Part shown: positions 9,592 through 17,766 of the stretch, one piece after another
Layout of the letters: each line of letters opens with the position of its first letter
Numbering within the stretch: position 1 is the first letter of the stretch
DNA from: a virus
Lineage: Duplodnaviria > Caudoviricetes
Reading direction: 5' to 3' (one strand)
IMG/VR virus record: IMGVR_UViG_3300043618_000010
Span: 1-35,529 of that record
Length of the DNA: 35,529 nt
The notes under the pieces: generated by a model
Databases searched by the model: none
What the model was told of the DNA's origin: nothing
Seen by the model: only the letters and a program-made list of their open reading frames with translations
Position numbers and translations under genes: made by a program

Positions 9592-9908
9592 GGCTTGAGG
9601 CCGGAGTGCTCCAGCCACGCCTCGAACAGGGCGTTGAGGCTACGGAGCTTCATCGGCTGTGCGTCGAACTCGTCGAAGTCGTCGCCGAGGCCGGACCTGA
9701 ACGCCGCTTTCATTGCTTCAAGGTCACCCTGGTCTGCGGCGTTGAGTACCGTGCGGTCGACGTCCTGGAGGTGCGGCAGGCTATAGGGGCGTCCGCCGAA
9801 AGTGAACTCGAACGGATCTCCTGCGACCTCCGCCTCCACGGCGTCGAGGTCGAAGGCCTCCTTCGCTGCGCTCGCGGTCTTGGCGGAGCGGGGGCTTCGT
9901 GTGGTCAT
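9561..9908 (-). CDS. Tail assembly chaperone (gpG-like)
   Basis: 115 aa between major tail and tape measure genes; ends ...SGLKPGESQASTRS. Confidence 0.9.
   Translation of the reverse strand: MTTRSPRSAKTASAAKEAFDLDAVEAEVAGDPFEFTFGGRPYSLPHLQDVDRTVLNAADQGDLEAMKAAFRSGLGDDFDEFDAQPMKLRSLNALFEAWLEHSGLKPGESQASTRS
9585..9591 (-). promoter_or_regulatory. Programmed -1 frameshift slippery site GGGGGAA
   Basis: mRNA CCG GGG GAA UCU near the chaperone 3' end, overlapping a -1 ORF. Confidence 0.85.
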
Positions 9909-10156
9909 GCGCGGGTCTCCTCAGGCTCTTCGGCGGCTATGACGACCCGGCGCGCGAACACAGTCAGCGTGACGAGCACGACGTCATGGCCCTGAATCTC
10001 GATCTCGTGAACCTTTACTGGCGAGTCCGCCGGGCACAGTAGGGCCTGCCCGTTGATGCGGATCTCGTTGGGGATGATGACGTCCCCGCCCGGTGGTGAT
10101 GAACTGGCGCGCCGCTTCTCGATGATCTCGATGACGGCGCCGCGAGGTGTTTCCAT
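9905..10156 (-). CDS. Hypothetical 83-aa protein inserted between major tail and chaperone genes
   Basis: METPRGAVIEIIEK...; SD GAGGG; stop overlaps the chaperone ATG; flanked by GACCCGCGCATG repeats. Confidence 0.7.
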   Translation of the reverse strand: METPRGAVIEIIEKRRASSSPPGGDVIIPNEIRINGQALLCPADSPVKVHEIEIQGHDVVLVTLTVFARRVVIAAEEPEETRA

Positions 10157-10235
10157 GCGCGGGTCCCTCGTGATGGCGCGGGTCAGATGTTGAACCGGGA
10201 TGGGCGCAGACCCGCGCGATTCGCGCCCATCCCGG
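10154..10235 (-). promoter_or_regulatory. 13-bp hairpin with loop complementary to downstream motif (pseudoknot-type element)
   Basis: Arms 10195-10207/10223-10235; mRNA loop GAAUCGCGCGGGUCU can pair with GACCCGCGC at 10176-10184 and 10157-10165. Confidence 0.65.
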
Positions 10236-10257
10236 GGTATTTGTGCTGGTCGGCGGC

Positions 10258-10812
10258 CTAGCTGTAACCCCAGTTGACGTCATCGCTGAACTTGGTGAGG
10301 ACGACGCCGTTGACCGGGTAGCAGGTAACCGTGACGGGGTAGGAGATCGTTTCGTCGTTGACGTAGGTGACCTCGCCGCGCTCGGTCACCTCGCCGTCGG
10401 CCACGTACAGGCGCAGGTGGGTGGTCCCGTCCAGGACGTCGAGGATGAACCTCTTGCGGACGATGTTCGGCGTCTTGACGTCGATCTTGTAGCCGTTCAC
10501 GCCGAGCGACTCCATCGTGGAGCCCTTGTGGTACAGCTCCAGCGTGCTGGCCTTCGACTCGATCATCGTGAACGCCAACGTAGCCTTCGACGACGAGATC
10601 AGAGTGCGGACGATCGCGCCGCCCTGCCACGCCTGAACGTCCTGAACGTCCTCGTCGTACGTCTCGACAACGCCGTCCTCGGAGATGTAACCCATGTCGA
10701 GGAAGGCGGCGTTGACGGAAGAAACTGCGGAGGTAGGAGCGGCGGCCGAGGTCGGGCCAGCGTAGACCGCGCCAGTGACGGCAACGCGCACCTTTGATGC
10801 GTCAAGCGTCAT
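10258..10812 (-). CDS. Major tail protein
   Basis: VRVAVTGAVYAGP...DMGYISEDGV...AWQGGAIVRT, typical actinophage tail tube protein. Confidence 0.92.
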   Translation of the reverse strand: MTLDASKVRVAVTGAVYAGPTSAAAPTSAVSSVNAAFLDMGYISEDGVVETYDEDVQDVQAWQGGAIVRTLISSSKATLAFTMIESKASTLELYHKGSTMESLGVNGYKIDVKTPNIVRKRFILDVLDGTTHLRLYVADGEVTERGEVTYVNDETISYPVTVTCYPVNGVVLTKFSDDVNWGYS

Positions 10813-10878
10813 GATCAACCCTTCAGTGAGCAGGCAGAAACACCGGCGCGGCGGCCGGATCAGAATGGATGCGCGGGT

Positions 10879-11250
10879 CTAGCTGGTGCGCAGCGAAAGC
10901 TGCACGGTCATCCACATCCGGGCGGTGCCGGAGTCGATGTCGTCTCTCCTGGCGGGGCCGAGGAATTCCTCCACCCGGTAGCAGGCCACCCCAAGCAGCG
11001 TGGTGCCGAGCAAGGCGTGGACGGCAGACCGCGAGGCCATGCACAAGTCGTTGACGGCCCCGTCGTCGCCGCCCCACGCGATCACGTCCACGCGGGGCCG
11101 GTCACGGACAACGTCGTCCGCACCTCCCACCCGCCGTACCTGCAGCCATGAGGCAGGCCGTACGCGAGGGACACGCGTGTAGGTGGGCACCCCGACAATC
11201 GGTTCGAGGTAGTCGATGAGGAGCTTCTCGACGTCCGGGTAGGTGGTCAC
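10879..11250 (-). CDS. Tail terminator
   Basis: YPDVEKLLIDYL...VRRVGG...DRPRVDVIAW; position before the major tail gene. Confidence 0.85.
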   Translation of the reverse strand: MTTYPDVEKLLIDYLEPIVGVPTYTRVPRVRPASWLQVRRVGGADDVVRDRPRVDVIAWGGDDGAVNDLCMASRSAVHALLGTTLLGVACYRVEEFLGPARRDDIDSGTARMWMTVQLSLRTS

Positions 11251-11528
11251 TAGAGCCTCGCGGCGTCGATCGCCGTGCCGAGGGTCCGGTACTCCTGCTC
11301 CTGGCCGAGCGCGCCCGGGTGGTCGGCCACGACGTGCACCTTCGCCCTGGCGATCCCAGTCGACGCCTCGGCGTAGTAGTCGACGGTGCCCTCGTGCGGC
11401 GGAACCCCGATCGCTTCAGCTGTCGCAGCGACTGCATCTCCTCGGCGCAGCAGGTCTTCCTTGACGCCCCTGGAGCGCAGCAACTCTCGCATGCCCGATC
11501 GGTTCAGGACGACTCGGACGTTTGCCAT
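11250..11528 (-). CDS. Neck / tail-completion protein (HK97 gp10 position)
   Basis: MANVRVVLNRSGMRELLRS...; TGATG-coupled to the upstream gene. Confidence 0.8.
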   Translation of the reverse strand: MANVRVVLNRSGMRELLRSRGVKEDLLRRGDAVAATAEAIGVPPHEGTVDYYAEASTGIARAKVHVVADHPGALGQEQEYRTLGTAIDAARL

Positions 11529-11866
11529 CAGCCCTCCATCCGGCGTAGCCGCGCCTCGGTGTGGTGGTAGCCGGAGAAGTCGTGGGCTGGCCAGGCGGGG
11601 CCGTCGAGCTCGTAGAGGACGCCATCCCATTGGATGCGGTCGCCTGCGTCAATGCCGTCGTAGTTGGTGATCAACAGCCACATGCCAGCGATCTTCGTCC
11701 GGCCGTCTGGTGTGGACTCGCTGGCCGACTCCTGCTCGATCAGCGCGGGGAAGCTGGTCCGTGTGGCTGCGGCACCGTAGTCAAGCTTGGAGTTGCCATA
11801 TCGGTCGGCGATGGAGGCGGGGTGGATCAGCGTTGCCGTGATCGGCAGGTAGCCGTCGGGGATCAC
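11528..11866 (-). CDS. Head-to-tail stopper / head closure protein
   Basis: DRYGN...IDAGDRIQWDGVLYELDGPAW...HHTEARLRRMEG. Confidence 0.85.
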   Translation of the reverse strand: MIPDGYLPITATLIHPASIADRYGNSKLDYGAAATRTSFPALIEQESASESTPDGRTKIAGMWLLITNYDGIDAGDRIQWDGVLYELDGPAWPAHDFSGYHHTEARLRRMEG

Positions 11867-12867
11867 ACCGCACCCGCCATGACCGCCTCAACCGCGGCGA
11901 CCCACCGCCGGAGATCCTCATCCGGGTTCAGCTCCGCCGCTCGGAGCTCTGCTTTGCGGGAGGCTGCAGCCCATCCTCTGGGCTGCAGGAGACGGCGTAT
12001 CTGCAACTCCCAGCCGTCCAGGTCGTCACGGTCGACGAACGTTCCGGCGTTGCCGAGACACTCCATAAGGCCGGGTGTTGGGTGTGCCACGACCGGTATC
12101 CCGCTGCACATCGCTTCCACCGCGGTCCGCCCCCACGACTCATAGGAGGACGGCATCAACAGCAGCCTCGTACGGGCGTACGCGGCCTCACGCATCCGGT
12201 GACCTGGCACGTGGTGTTGGACGTCGACGTTTCGCAGACCCTTCACGATCTGCTCGCCATAGGCGCCCTTGACCGCCAGGAACGGCACGTCCGGCATGCG
12301 TGCGGCCAGCTTCCAGAACGTGCTGCCGCCCTTGTTGGCGCTCAGGTTGATCAGCGTGACCCGGGCGCCCGGCGTAGTCCGATAGTTCTCAGCCAGCACA
12401 GGAGGACGTACGACGATGCTGGATGGTGGTGGCGCGTCCTGTGTCTGCCCCCACCAGTCCAGACAAGAGACCTGCACCCACTCGGAGTTGTAGACCACCA
12501 GGCGGGGGCCGCGCGTCATCCACGAACGCTCGTTCTGATTGTCGTTGTGCAGAACGTGAACGACAGGAAGCCGGTACAGCTCACCCAGAATGGTGGCCTG
12601 CGGTGTGCTCCTCAGATGTGTGACCAGCACGTCCGGCGGCGACTCGCCGAGGACCGCCTGTTGGGCGTCTTTGTTGTCTCGGAACGGGTGCACCCGCACC
12701 CCGTCCAAGACGTACGGGTCGCCGCCCTGCCGGCTGTCGGTCAACACCACCTGAACCTCGTGCCCTCGCGCCACAAGCGCGGAGAGCAGCGTGTGCATAG
12801 CCCACTCGGCTCCCGCGTTCCCGCCAGGCGGGTACAGGTGGACAAGCGCCAGAACCCGCACGGACAC
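11863..12867 (-). CDS. Glycosyltransferase, GT-B fold family 4-like
   Basis: N-terminal HLYPPGGNAGAEW; EX7E motif PSSYESWGRTAVEAMCSGIPVV. Confidence 0.92.
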   Translation of the reverse strand: MSVRVLALVHLYPPGGNAGAEWAMHTLLSALVARGHEVQVVLTDSRQGGDPYVLDGVRVHPFRDNKDAQQAVLGESPPDVLVTHLRSTPQATILGELYRLPVVHVLHNDNQNERSWMTRGPRLVVYNSEWVQVSCLDWWGQTQDAPPPSSIVVRPPVLAENYRTTPGARVTLINLSANKGGSTFWKLAARMPDVPFLAVKGAYGEQIVKGLRNVDVQHHVPGHRMREAAYARTRLLLMPSSYESWGRTAVEAMCSGIPVVAHPTPGLMECLGNAGTFVDRDDLDGWELQIRRLLQPRGWAAASRKAELRAAELNPDEDLRRWVAAVEAVMAGAV

Positions 12868-12873
12868 CTCCGG

Positions 12874-13260
12874 TCAGTAGCGGCAGCGGTCCCGTAGGCC
12901 GTCGTCGAGCAGGTCGATCGTGTACGCGGTGGATACGCCGTCGTAGTAGGCGGCCAGCAGCATCGCCCGCTCACGGTCGGAAACGTAGAGGCCGCCGTCC
13001 TCCCCGCGCTCCCCGTACGATTCCGAGACACTGCCGACCGTCATCGAACGACGGCCTCCCGGGTTGGACTGGCCGCGCCACGCCACCGACACGCACACCG
13101 CCCGCGTCAGCTCCGCGGCCGGGACGTACCCAGCCGGGAGGATGGCGCGGATCAGCGCGGACGCGTCGTCCAGCAGCGACCGGACCTTGTCCCCCATAGC
13201 GGGTGTGGACACGGTGCCGTGGCGCAACTCGTAGTCGGCCAGCGTGGCGTAGGCGACCAT
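12874..13260 (-). CDS. Head-to-tail adaptor
   Basis: AYATLADYELR...LLDDASALIR...NPGGRRSMTVGSVSESY...GGLYVSDRE. Confidence 0.88.
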   Translation of the reverse strand: MVAYATLADYELRHGTVSTPAMGDKVRSLLDDASALIRAILPAGYVPAAELTRAVCVSVAWRGQSNPGGRRSMTVGSVSESYGERGEDGGLYVSDRERAMLLAAYYDGVSTAYTIDLLDDGLRDRCRY

Positions 13261-13610
13261 CAGCCGGTCTCGATCAGGCCGCGCGCGGCGAGAGCGTTCA
13301 CGATGTCGTTCCGCGAGGCACCGTCAGGTACGTCAACGCCGTAGCGGGTGGCGTAGGCCGCCCAGGCGTCGCGACCGGACCCTGTTCCGGAGCGGGGCGG
13401 TTCCGGCATCTCCGGCTGCGCCTCCACCTGGACGGCGATCTGCTCTCGGACCCCGCCAGCCTCGTCCAGGTGAGCGGGCAGTTCGCCCTCCCACACGTCT
13501 GGGTTTCTGATCTGCCCAGCTGCCCAGTCCGGCAAGTCCTCGCCCGGCCCGAAAGCCCGAGGTCGTCCTTCCAGGTCGACGACGTGAACGGTGGTCCTAA
13601 GTCGCGCCAT
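13260..13610 (-). CDS. Capsid-adjacent small protein with C-terminal HeH/LEM-like helical domain
   Basis: MARLRTTVHV...FGPGEDLPDWAAGQIRNPDVW...RDAWAAYATRYGVDVPDGASRNDIVNAL. Confidence 0.8.
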   Translation of the reverse strand: MARLRTTVHVVDLEGRPRAFGPGEDLPDWAAGQIRNPDVWEGELPAHLDEAGGVREQIAVQVEAQPEMPEPPRSGTGSGRDAWAAYATRYGVDVPDGASRNDIVNALAARGLIETG

Positions 13611-13614
13611 TGGC

Positions 13615-14280
13615 TCACGCCTTTCTGAGTGCTTTTCGCGCCTTGTGTCGCTTCTCGGCTGCACGCACGCAGGGGCGGCACGCCTTCTTCTTCCCGTCCG
13701 GATAGACGTAGACGTTCTGCGGCGTTTGAGGGTGGCCGTTCTTGCACTCGTTCGCCAAGAACTGCTCCAGTGTCCGTCTCGCCTTGCGTCTGTTGCACGC
13801 CTCGCACGCAGGCACGACGTTTGCCGATGTGTTGTCGCCACCCTCGGACAAGGGAGTGAGGTGATCGATCCACAGATCCTCAGTCGAATCGCAGTAGAAG
13901 CACTTGAACTCGAACTGCTCCAGGACCTCTAACCACCGATTCAAGCGCAGGTCGTTGATCTTCGCGCCGAATCTCGCCGCCTGCGATCTTGCTGCCCGAA
14001 CACGGAACATCCACGACCGCCGCTGCGCCCACTCCGGAGAGCCAACCAAAGGATGGCGTCGCGGCTTCGGACGCGTCGGATTTCGCTTCTTCCACTGAGC
14101 GGACGTTCGCCGATCCATTTCGGCTTTGGCGGGATTGCTGCGCCGGATGCGTGTTCTTTCCGCCATGCAGGGCTTGCAGTACGACTTCAGCCCGTCCCGA
14201 TTTGCCCGTTCTGGAGAGAACTCCGGGACGGGCTTCACGTCCCTGCATCTTCTGCACTGCTTTGTGACCATAAAATCCAT
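13615..14280 (-). CDS. Free-standing HNH homing endonuclease with Zn-finger domains
   Basis: CRRC..CKPC N-terminus; CFYC...IDHLTPLSEGGDNTSANVVPACEACNRRK; C-terminal CKNGH...CRPC; lower GC than neighbours. Confidence 0.9.
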   Translation of the reverse strand: MDFMVTKQCRRCRDVKPVPEFSPERANRDGLKSYCKPCMAERTRIRRSNPAKAEMDRRTSAQWKKRNPTRPKPRRHPLVGSPEWAQRRSWMFRVRAARSQAARFGAKINDLRLNRWLEVLEQFEFKCFYCDSTEDLWIDHLTPLSEGGDNTSANVVPACEACNRRKARRTLEQFLANECKNGHPQTPQNVYVYPDGKKKACRPCVRAAEKRHKARKALRKA

Positions 14281-14309
14281 GATACGTCCTGCGACGTTGT
14301 CATGATTTA

Positions 14310-15344
14310 TTAGGCAACGTCAGCAACCATACTCAAATCAGGGTTGGCGAGGATCGGCAGGCCGATCGCGGATGCCTTGGTCCACAGTGCGATCGGGTCC
14401 TCGTCCTCGTAGGATCCGGCGACGATGCCGGGCTCCTCGCCGAGCTCGATCGCGTACTTGGGCGAGGTCGCCTCGACCGTGGTGCCCCACAGGGTGGCGC
14501 CCAGGTTGCTGCCGTCCGGCGAGTTGGCGTCGCCCGCCATCGGCAGCAGCAGCAGTTTGTCGTCGGCGATGACACGCGTCGCCGATCCGTTGACCTTGAC
14601 CTGAGCGTCGTAGGTGTAGATGGGCGGCAGGCCATGCGCTTCCAGTACCTGCTGCAGCATGGTCGGCGCCACCAGCGTCGGCGTGCCAATCGCCGTCGAG
14701 GCCAGCTGCCTGACCTCGGCGTTGCGCAGCATGTAGTTCAGCACGCGTGTGCTGGTGACGATCGCCCCGGGGAGTTCACCGTTGGTGGCGATGTAGGTCT
14801 CCCGCCAGGTGAACAGGTTCGCCAGCGGCGTGGAGTTCACCAGGTCCGACCACAGTGTGGCCGGGGCGACGGACATGGTCCCGGACCTGCCGAAGTCAGC
14901 CTCGACTGCGAGCCCGTTCTCGGAGATGGTGACCTTGCCGTTGACGAGCGCGTCACCGCGGGCAAGCTCCATCCGGGCCATGATCGAACGAACCATGCGT
15001 TCGGCGTCGGTCATGAGTGCGCCGCGGATACGGTCGTCGAGTTTGCGCTGCTTGAGTCGGTCGTACTCGCCGAGCCTAATTTTGCGGCTGATCGGCGGGA
15101 GCTCGCCGGAGATCCGGACCACACCTGGGCGGGACCCGATCGGCGACTCAGCGTCGTAGGCGCGGAACGACGCGGCCTCGATCAGGCCCTCGCCGCCGCG
15201 GGTGAACCGGAAGTCCAGGTCGTCGATCGGGTTGTTTGGCAGCCACCTCGCGAGCGAGAACTGGTTGCGCGCCCAGTCCATGGCGCCGGCCCGTACGTAG
15301 CCGGTCAGCTCCGCCGGGGTGATGTAGTCAGTGTTGATCAGCAT
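14310..15344 (-). CDS. Major capsid protein (lambda gpE-like family)
   Basis: 344 aa; GELPPISRKIRLGEYDRL...RMELARGDAL..GKVTISENG; follows scaffold and decoration genes. Confidence 0.93.
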   Translation of the reverse strand: MLINTDYITPAELTGYVRAGAMDWARNQFSLARWLPNNPIDDLDFRFTRGGEGLIEAASFRAYDAESPIGSRPGVVRISGELPPISRKIRLGEYDRLKQRKLDDRIRGALMTDAERMVRSIMARMELARGDALVNGKVTISENGLAVEADFGRSGTMSVAPATLWSDLVNSTPLANLFTWRETYIATNGELPGAIVTSTRVLNYMLRNAEVRQLASTAIGTPTLVAPTMLQQVLEAHGLPPIYTYDAQVKVNGSATRVIADDKLLLLPMAGDANSPDGSNLGATLWGTTVEATSPKYAIELGEEPGIVAGSYEDEDPIALWTKASAIGLPILANPDLSMVADVA

Positions 15345-15358
15345 CAGTCAGACCCCTG

Positions 15359-16072
15359 TCAGGCGAAGATGATCCGGCCGGCGACGTCAGCCTGTCCGGC
15401 GGCATCAACGGCGATGGGCAGCTTGGAGGCGATGACGCGGCCGTGTTCCAGCATGGCGGCGCCGACGTCGGTGGTGTTGACCGTGGGCGCCTTCACTGCG
15501 CAGAACAGGAACCCGGCGAGAGCCTCGGTGCCGTCGGTGACGGTGGAGCCGCCCGCAGTGGTGGTGGTGACGGTGACGGTGGGGGTGGTGCCGCCGGTCA
15601 GGGAGCCAGACGCGGCGGTCATCTGGGGAACGTTCTCGCCCAGGTAGTTGCCACCGAAGGTGACCGTGACTGCGGTGCCAGGGTGTGGGCCGCCAGCCGC
15701 GACGACGTCGCCCGGCTCCACGTTGGACAGCGCCTCCAGCGCGGCCTGAACGGCCGCAGCGGTGGCGTTGAACGCGATGGCCGCGGTGGTCTCACTGTCG
15801 AAGGTCAGCGTGTAGGTGCCGCCCGTCGGGGTGCCGGTAATGGTGACCGTCTGCCCCTCGGAGGTGCTGGCACCGTACGGACCGTACTTGCCCGTAGCGG
15901 TGATCCTGCCCAGCGGGAGGCCGGACGGGAAGTAGCCGTTGGGGTAGTGGGTCCCGGACGTGAATGCGGACGTGTCCAGGGTGATCGTGCGGGCGGCGTC
16001 GGTGCCGTGCGCGGAGCCGAGCCACGACTGGTCGTCGAAGCTGAAGTTCTCGGTCCTCAGGCTGAGGTCCAT
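15359..16072 (-). CDS. Head decoration protein with inserted beta-rich domain
   Basis: DQSWLGSAHGTD...SGLPLGRITATGKYGPY and DGTEALAGFLF...HGRVIASKLP flank an insert (EGQTVTITGTPTGGTYTLTF...). Confidence 0.85.
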   Translation of the reverse strand: MDLSLRTENFSFDDQSWLGSAHGTDAARTITLDTSAFTSGTHYPNGYFPSGLPLGRITATGKYGPYGASTSEGQTVTITGTPTGGTYTLTFDSETTAAIAFNATAAAVQAALEALSNVEPGDVVAAGGPHPGTAVTVTFGGNYLGENVPQMTAASGSLTGGTTPTVTVTTTTAGGSTVTDGTEALAGFLFCAVKAPTVNTTDVGAAMLEHGRVIASKLPIAVDAAGQADVAGRIIFA

Positions 16073-16091
16073 AGGTGTCTCCTCAGGGAGT

Positions 16092-16817
16092 TCAGGTGGT
16101 CTTGTTGCCGTGCTTCTCAGCCCACAGATCCCGGCCTGCAGCCACGGAAGGCGACTGCTTGCCCGTCTGCCTCGCGCCCTGATCCAAGGCTGGCGCTACC
16201 GGCGGAGCTGGCGGCGCAAGCTGGATCGGCGTAGACCCGAAGTAGTCGACGGCGTCCGCCTCGTACTCCTCCGCGCTCCCGCCGACGATCCGGCGAGAAG
16301 CGGCGAGCAGCTTGGCGGACACATCCGCAGGCAGGCCGGCCTTGACGGCGGCCTGAAGCCTGAGCAGTTCGGGCTCCATCGCAGCGGCCTTCTGCTCTGC
16401 AGCCGTGGCTCGCGCTTCGATCCGCTCCATGTCGGTGCGGGAAGCGTCGGCCAGCTTCTGCATCTCAGCGTCAGAGCCGCGCAGGCGCGCAAGCTCCTCC
16501 GGCGTGATGTCAATCGCCTTGAGCCGGTCCTCATGCTTGCGGGCGTGCGCCTTCCAGTAGTTGGCCTGCTGCTCGACGGACATGTCGGCGACAGGCGTGC
16601 TCTCCGGGTATCCGCGCTCGCCCGAAGGCGGCGCGGCGGGCTGTGGTGCAGGAGGAGCGGTGGGGGTGGGCTGGCCCGTGACGGGCTCTGCCTGCCCCTG
16701 CGGCTGTCGACCATCCTCTGAACCTCCGAGAACAGGCCACACGATCCTGCCCGACGGCAAAACAGTGAGAGCCTGGAGGCCGGAGTGCGGGTGGATGGGC
16801 AGCACGGCAGCGTTCAT
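16092..16817 (-). CDS. Scaffolding protein
   Basis: QQANYWKAHARKHEDRLK followed by coiled coil; between MuF-like and decoration genes. Confidence 0.88.
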   Translation of the reverse strand: MNAAVLPIHPHSGLQALTVLPSGRIVWPVLGGSEDGRQPQGQAEPVTGQPTPTAPPAPQPAAPPSGERGYPESTPVADMSVEQQANYWKAHARKHEDRLKAIDITPEELARLRGSDAEMQKLADASRTDMERIEARATAAEQKAAAMEPELLRLQAAVKAGLPADVSAKLLAASRRIVGGSAEEYEADAVDYFGSTPIQLAPPAPPVAPALDQGARQTGKQSPSVAAGRDLWAEKHGNKTT

Positions 16818-16827
16818 GCGGTGTGAT

Positions 16828-16860
16828 CTCCCATGTCGGGACGTACGCCCATGGCGGGCG
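16828..16860 (-). promoter_or_regulatory. Twin mini-hairpin leader of scaffold gene
   Basis: mRNA CGCCC-GCCAU-GGGCG then UCCC-GACAU-GGGAG; near-identical element before terS. Confidence 0.6.
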
Positions 16861-16861
16861 G

Positions 16862-17758
16862 TCAACGGTTCGGAATGGCATCTGGGCCGGTGAACTTCTG
16901 GCCCTTGATAGCGAGTACCGGGCCGATCTCCCCGTGCTGGTGCACGGTCAGCAGCTTCCGGTAGTCGATCTTCCGGCCTCCCCTGTCGGAAATGCCGAAA
17001 CGCTTTCTGATCTCCTCGTGAAGCGACCCAAGTAGGTCGCCGAGGTTCACGAGCTGGTCGCCGGAGAACACATCCACGCCGCGGCTGTTGCTGTCGACGG
17101 CTTGGGCTCCTTCGGTGACGATGACCGAGTTGATGATCTGGCCCGGGTCTTTGGTGCCCACGATCGGGGCCACCCCGCAGTCACACGCGGGATGGATGGG
17201 CAACAGATCCTTGACGTGATAGCGCTGGGTCGAGGCCAGCACACACATGGCGCAATTCTCGGCGCCGGTCAACACCCGCCGGTAACCGACGACCCGATCT
17301 CCACGCTTCTCCAGGGCGATCCGTGAGGAGTGCGTCTTGGCCAGCTGCAGGTCCGTCGTTGCGAGGCCTTCAGCTCGTCGCCGTGCCGCTTCGATCGCCG
17401 CTTTGAGCAGTGCTCCGCCAGCCAGGTCGGTCCAAATCTGGATGAACGGCCGCCGGTACACCTCGATCATGGGCACGCCGCGCAGGTCGTCGTCCAGCTC
17501 CACGCCGACCGGGGTCAGCGTTTTGCCGAGCAGGTCCGACAGCATCGCTGCCAGGTAGGCGTCCGTCATGACCGCCATTGCCCGCTGCGCCCCGCGAACC
17601 ATCGGTACCGCCGCGGCGACGAAACCATCGGCGTCGTCGTCGCGCCATGAGGTGAGCCTGCCGAACAGCTCGACAATCGCCGCAACGAGCGCCGCCCGCA
17701 GCGTGGTGGAGGACTCGTTGTAGGTGGCGGCGATCGCAGCCTGCTGCTCGTAGGCCAC
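16862..17758 (-). CDS. MuF-like minor capsid / head morphogenesis protein
   Basis: GYRRVLTGAENCAMCVLASTQRY...PIHPACDCGVAPI; after portal. Confidence 0.85.
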   Translation of the reverse strand: MAYEQQAAIAATYNESSTTLRAALVAAIVELFGRLTSWRDDDADGFVAAAVPMVRGAQRAMAVMTDAYLAAMLSDLLGKTLTPVGVELDDDLRGVPMIEVYRRPFIQIWTDLAGGALLKAAIEAARRRAEGLATTDLQLAKTHSSRIALEKRGDRVVGYRRVLTGAENCAMCVLASTQRYHVKDLLPIHPACDCGVAPIVGTKDPGQIINSVIVTEGAQAVDSNSRGVDVFSGDQLVNLGDLLGSLHEEIRKRFGISDRGGRKIDYRKLLTVHQHGEIGPVLAIKGQKFTGPDAIPNR

Positions 17759-17766
17759 CGACGCTC

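Noticed and set aside
13615-14309. Group I intron around the HNH gene
   Set aside because: Flanking genes are intact and there is no room for a ribozyme core; it is free-standing.
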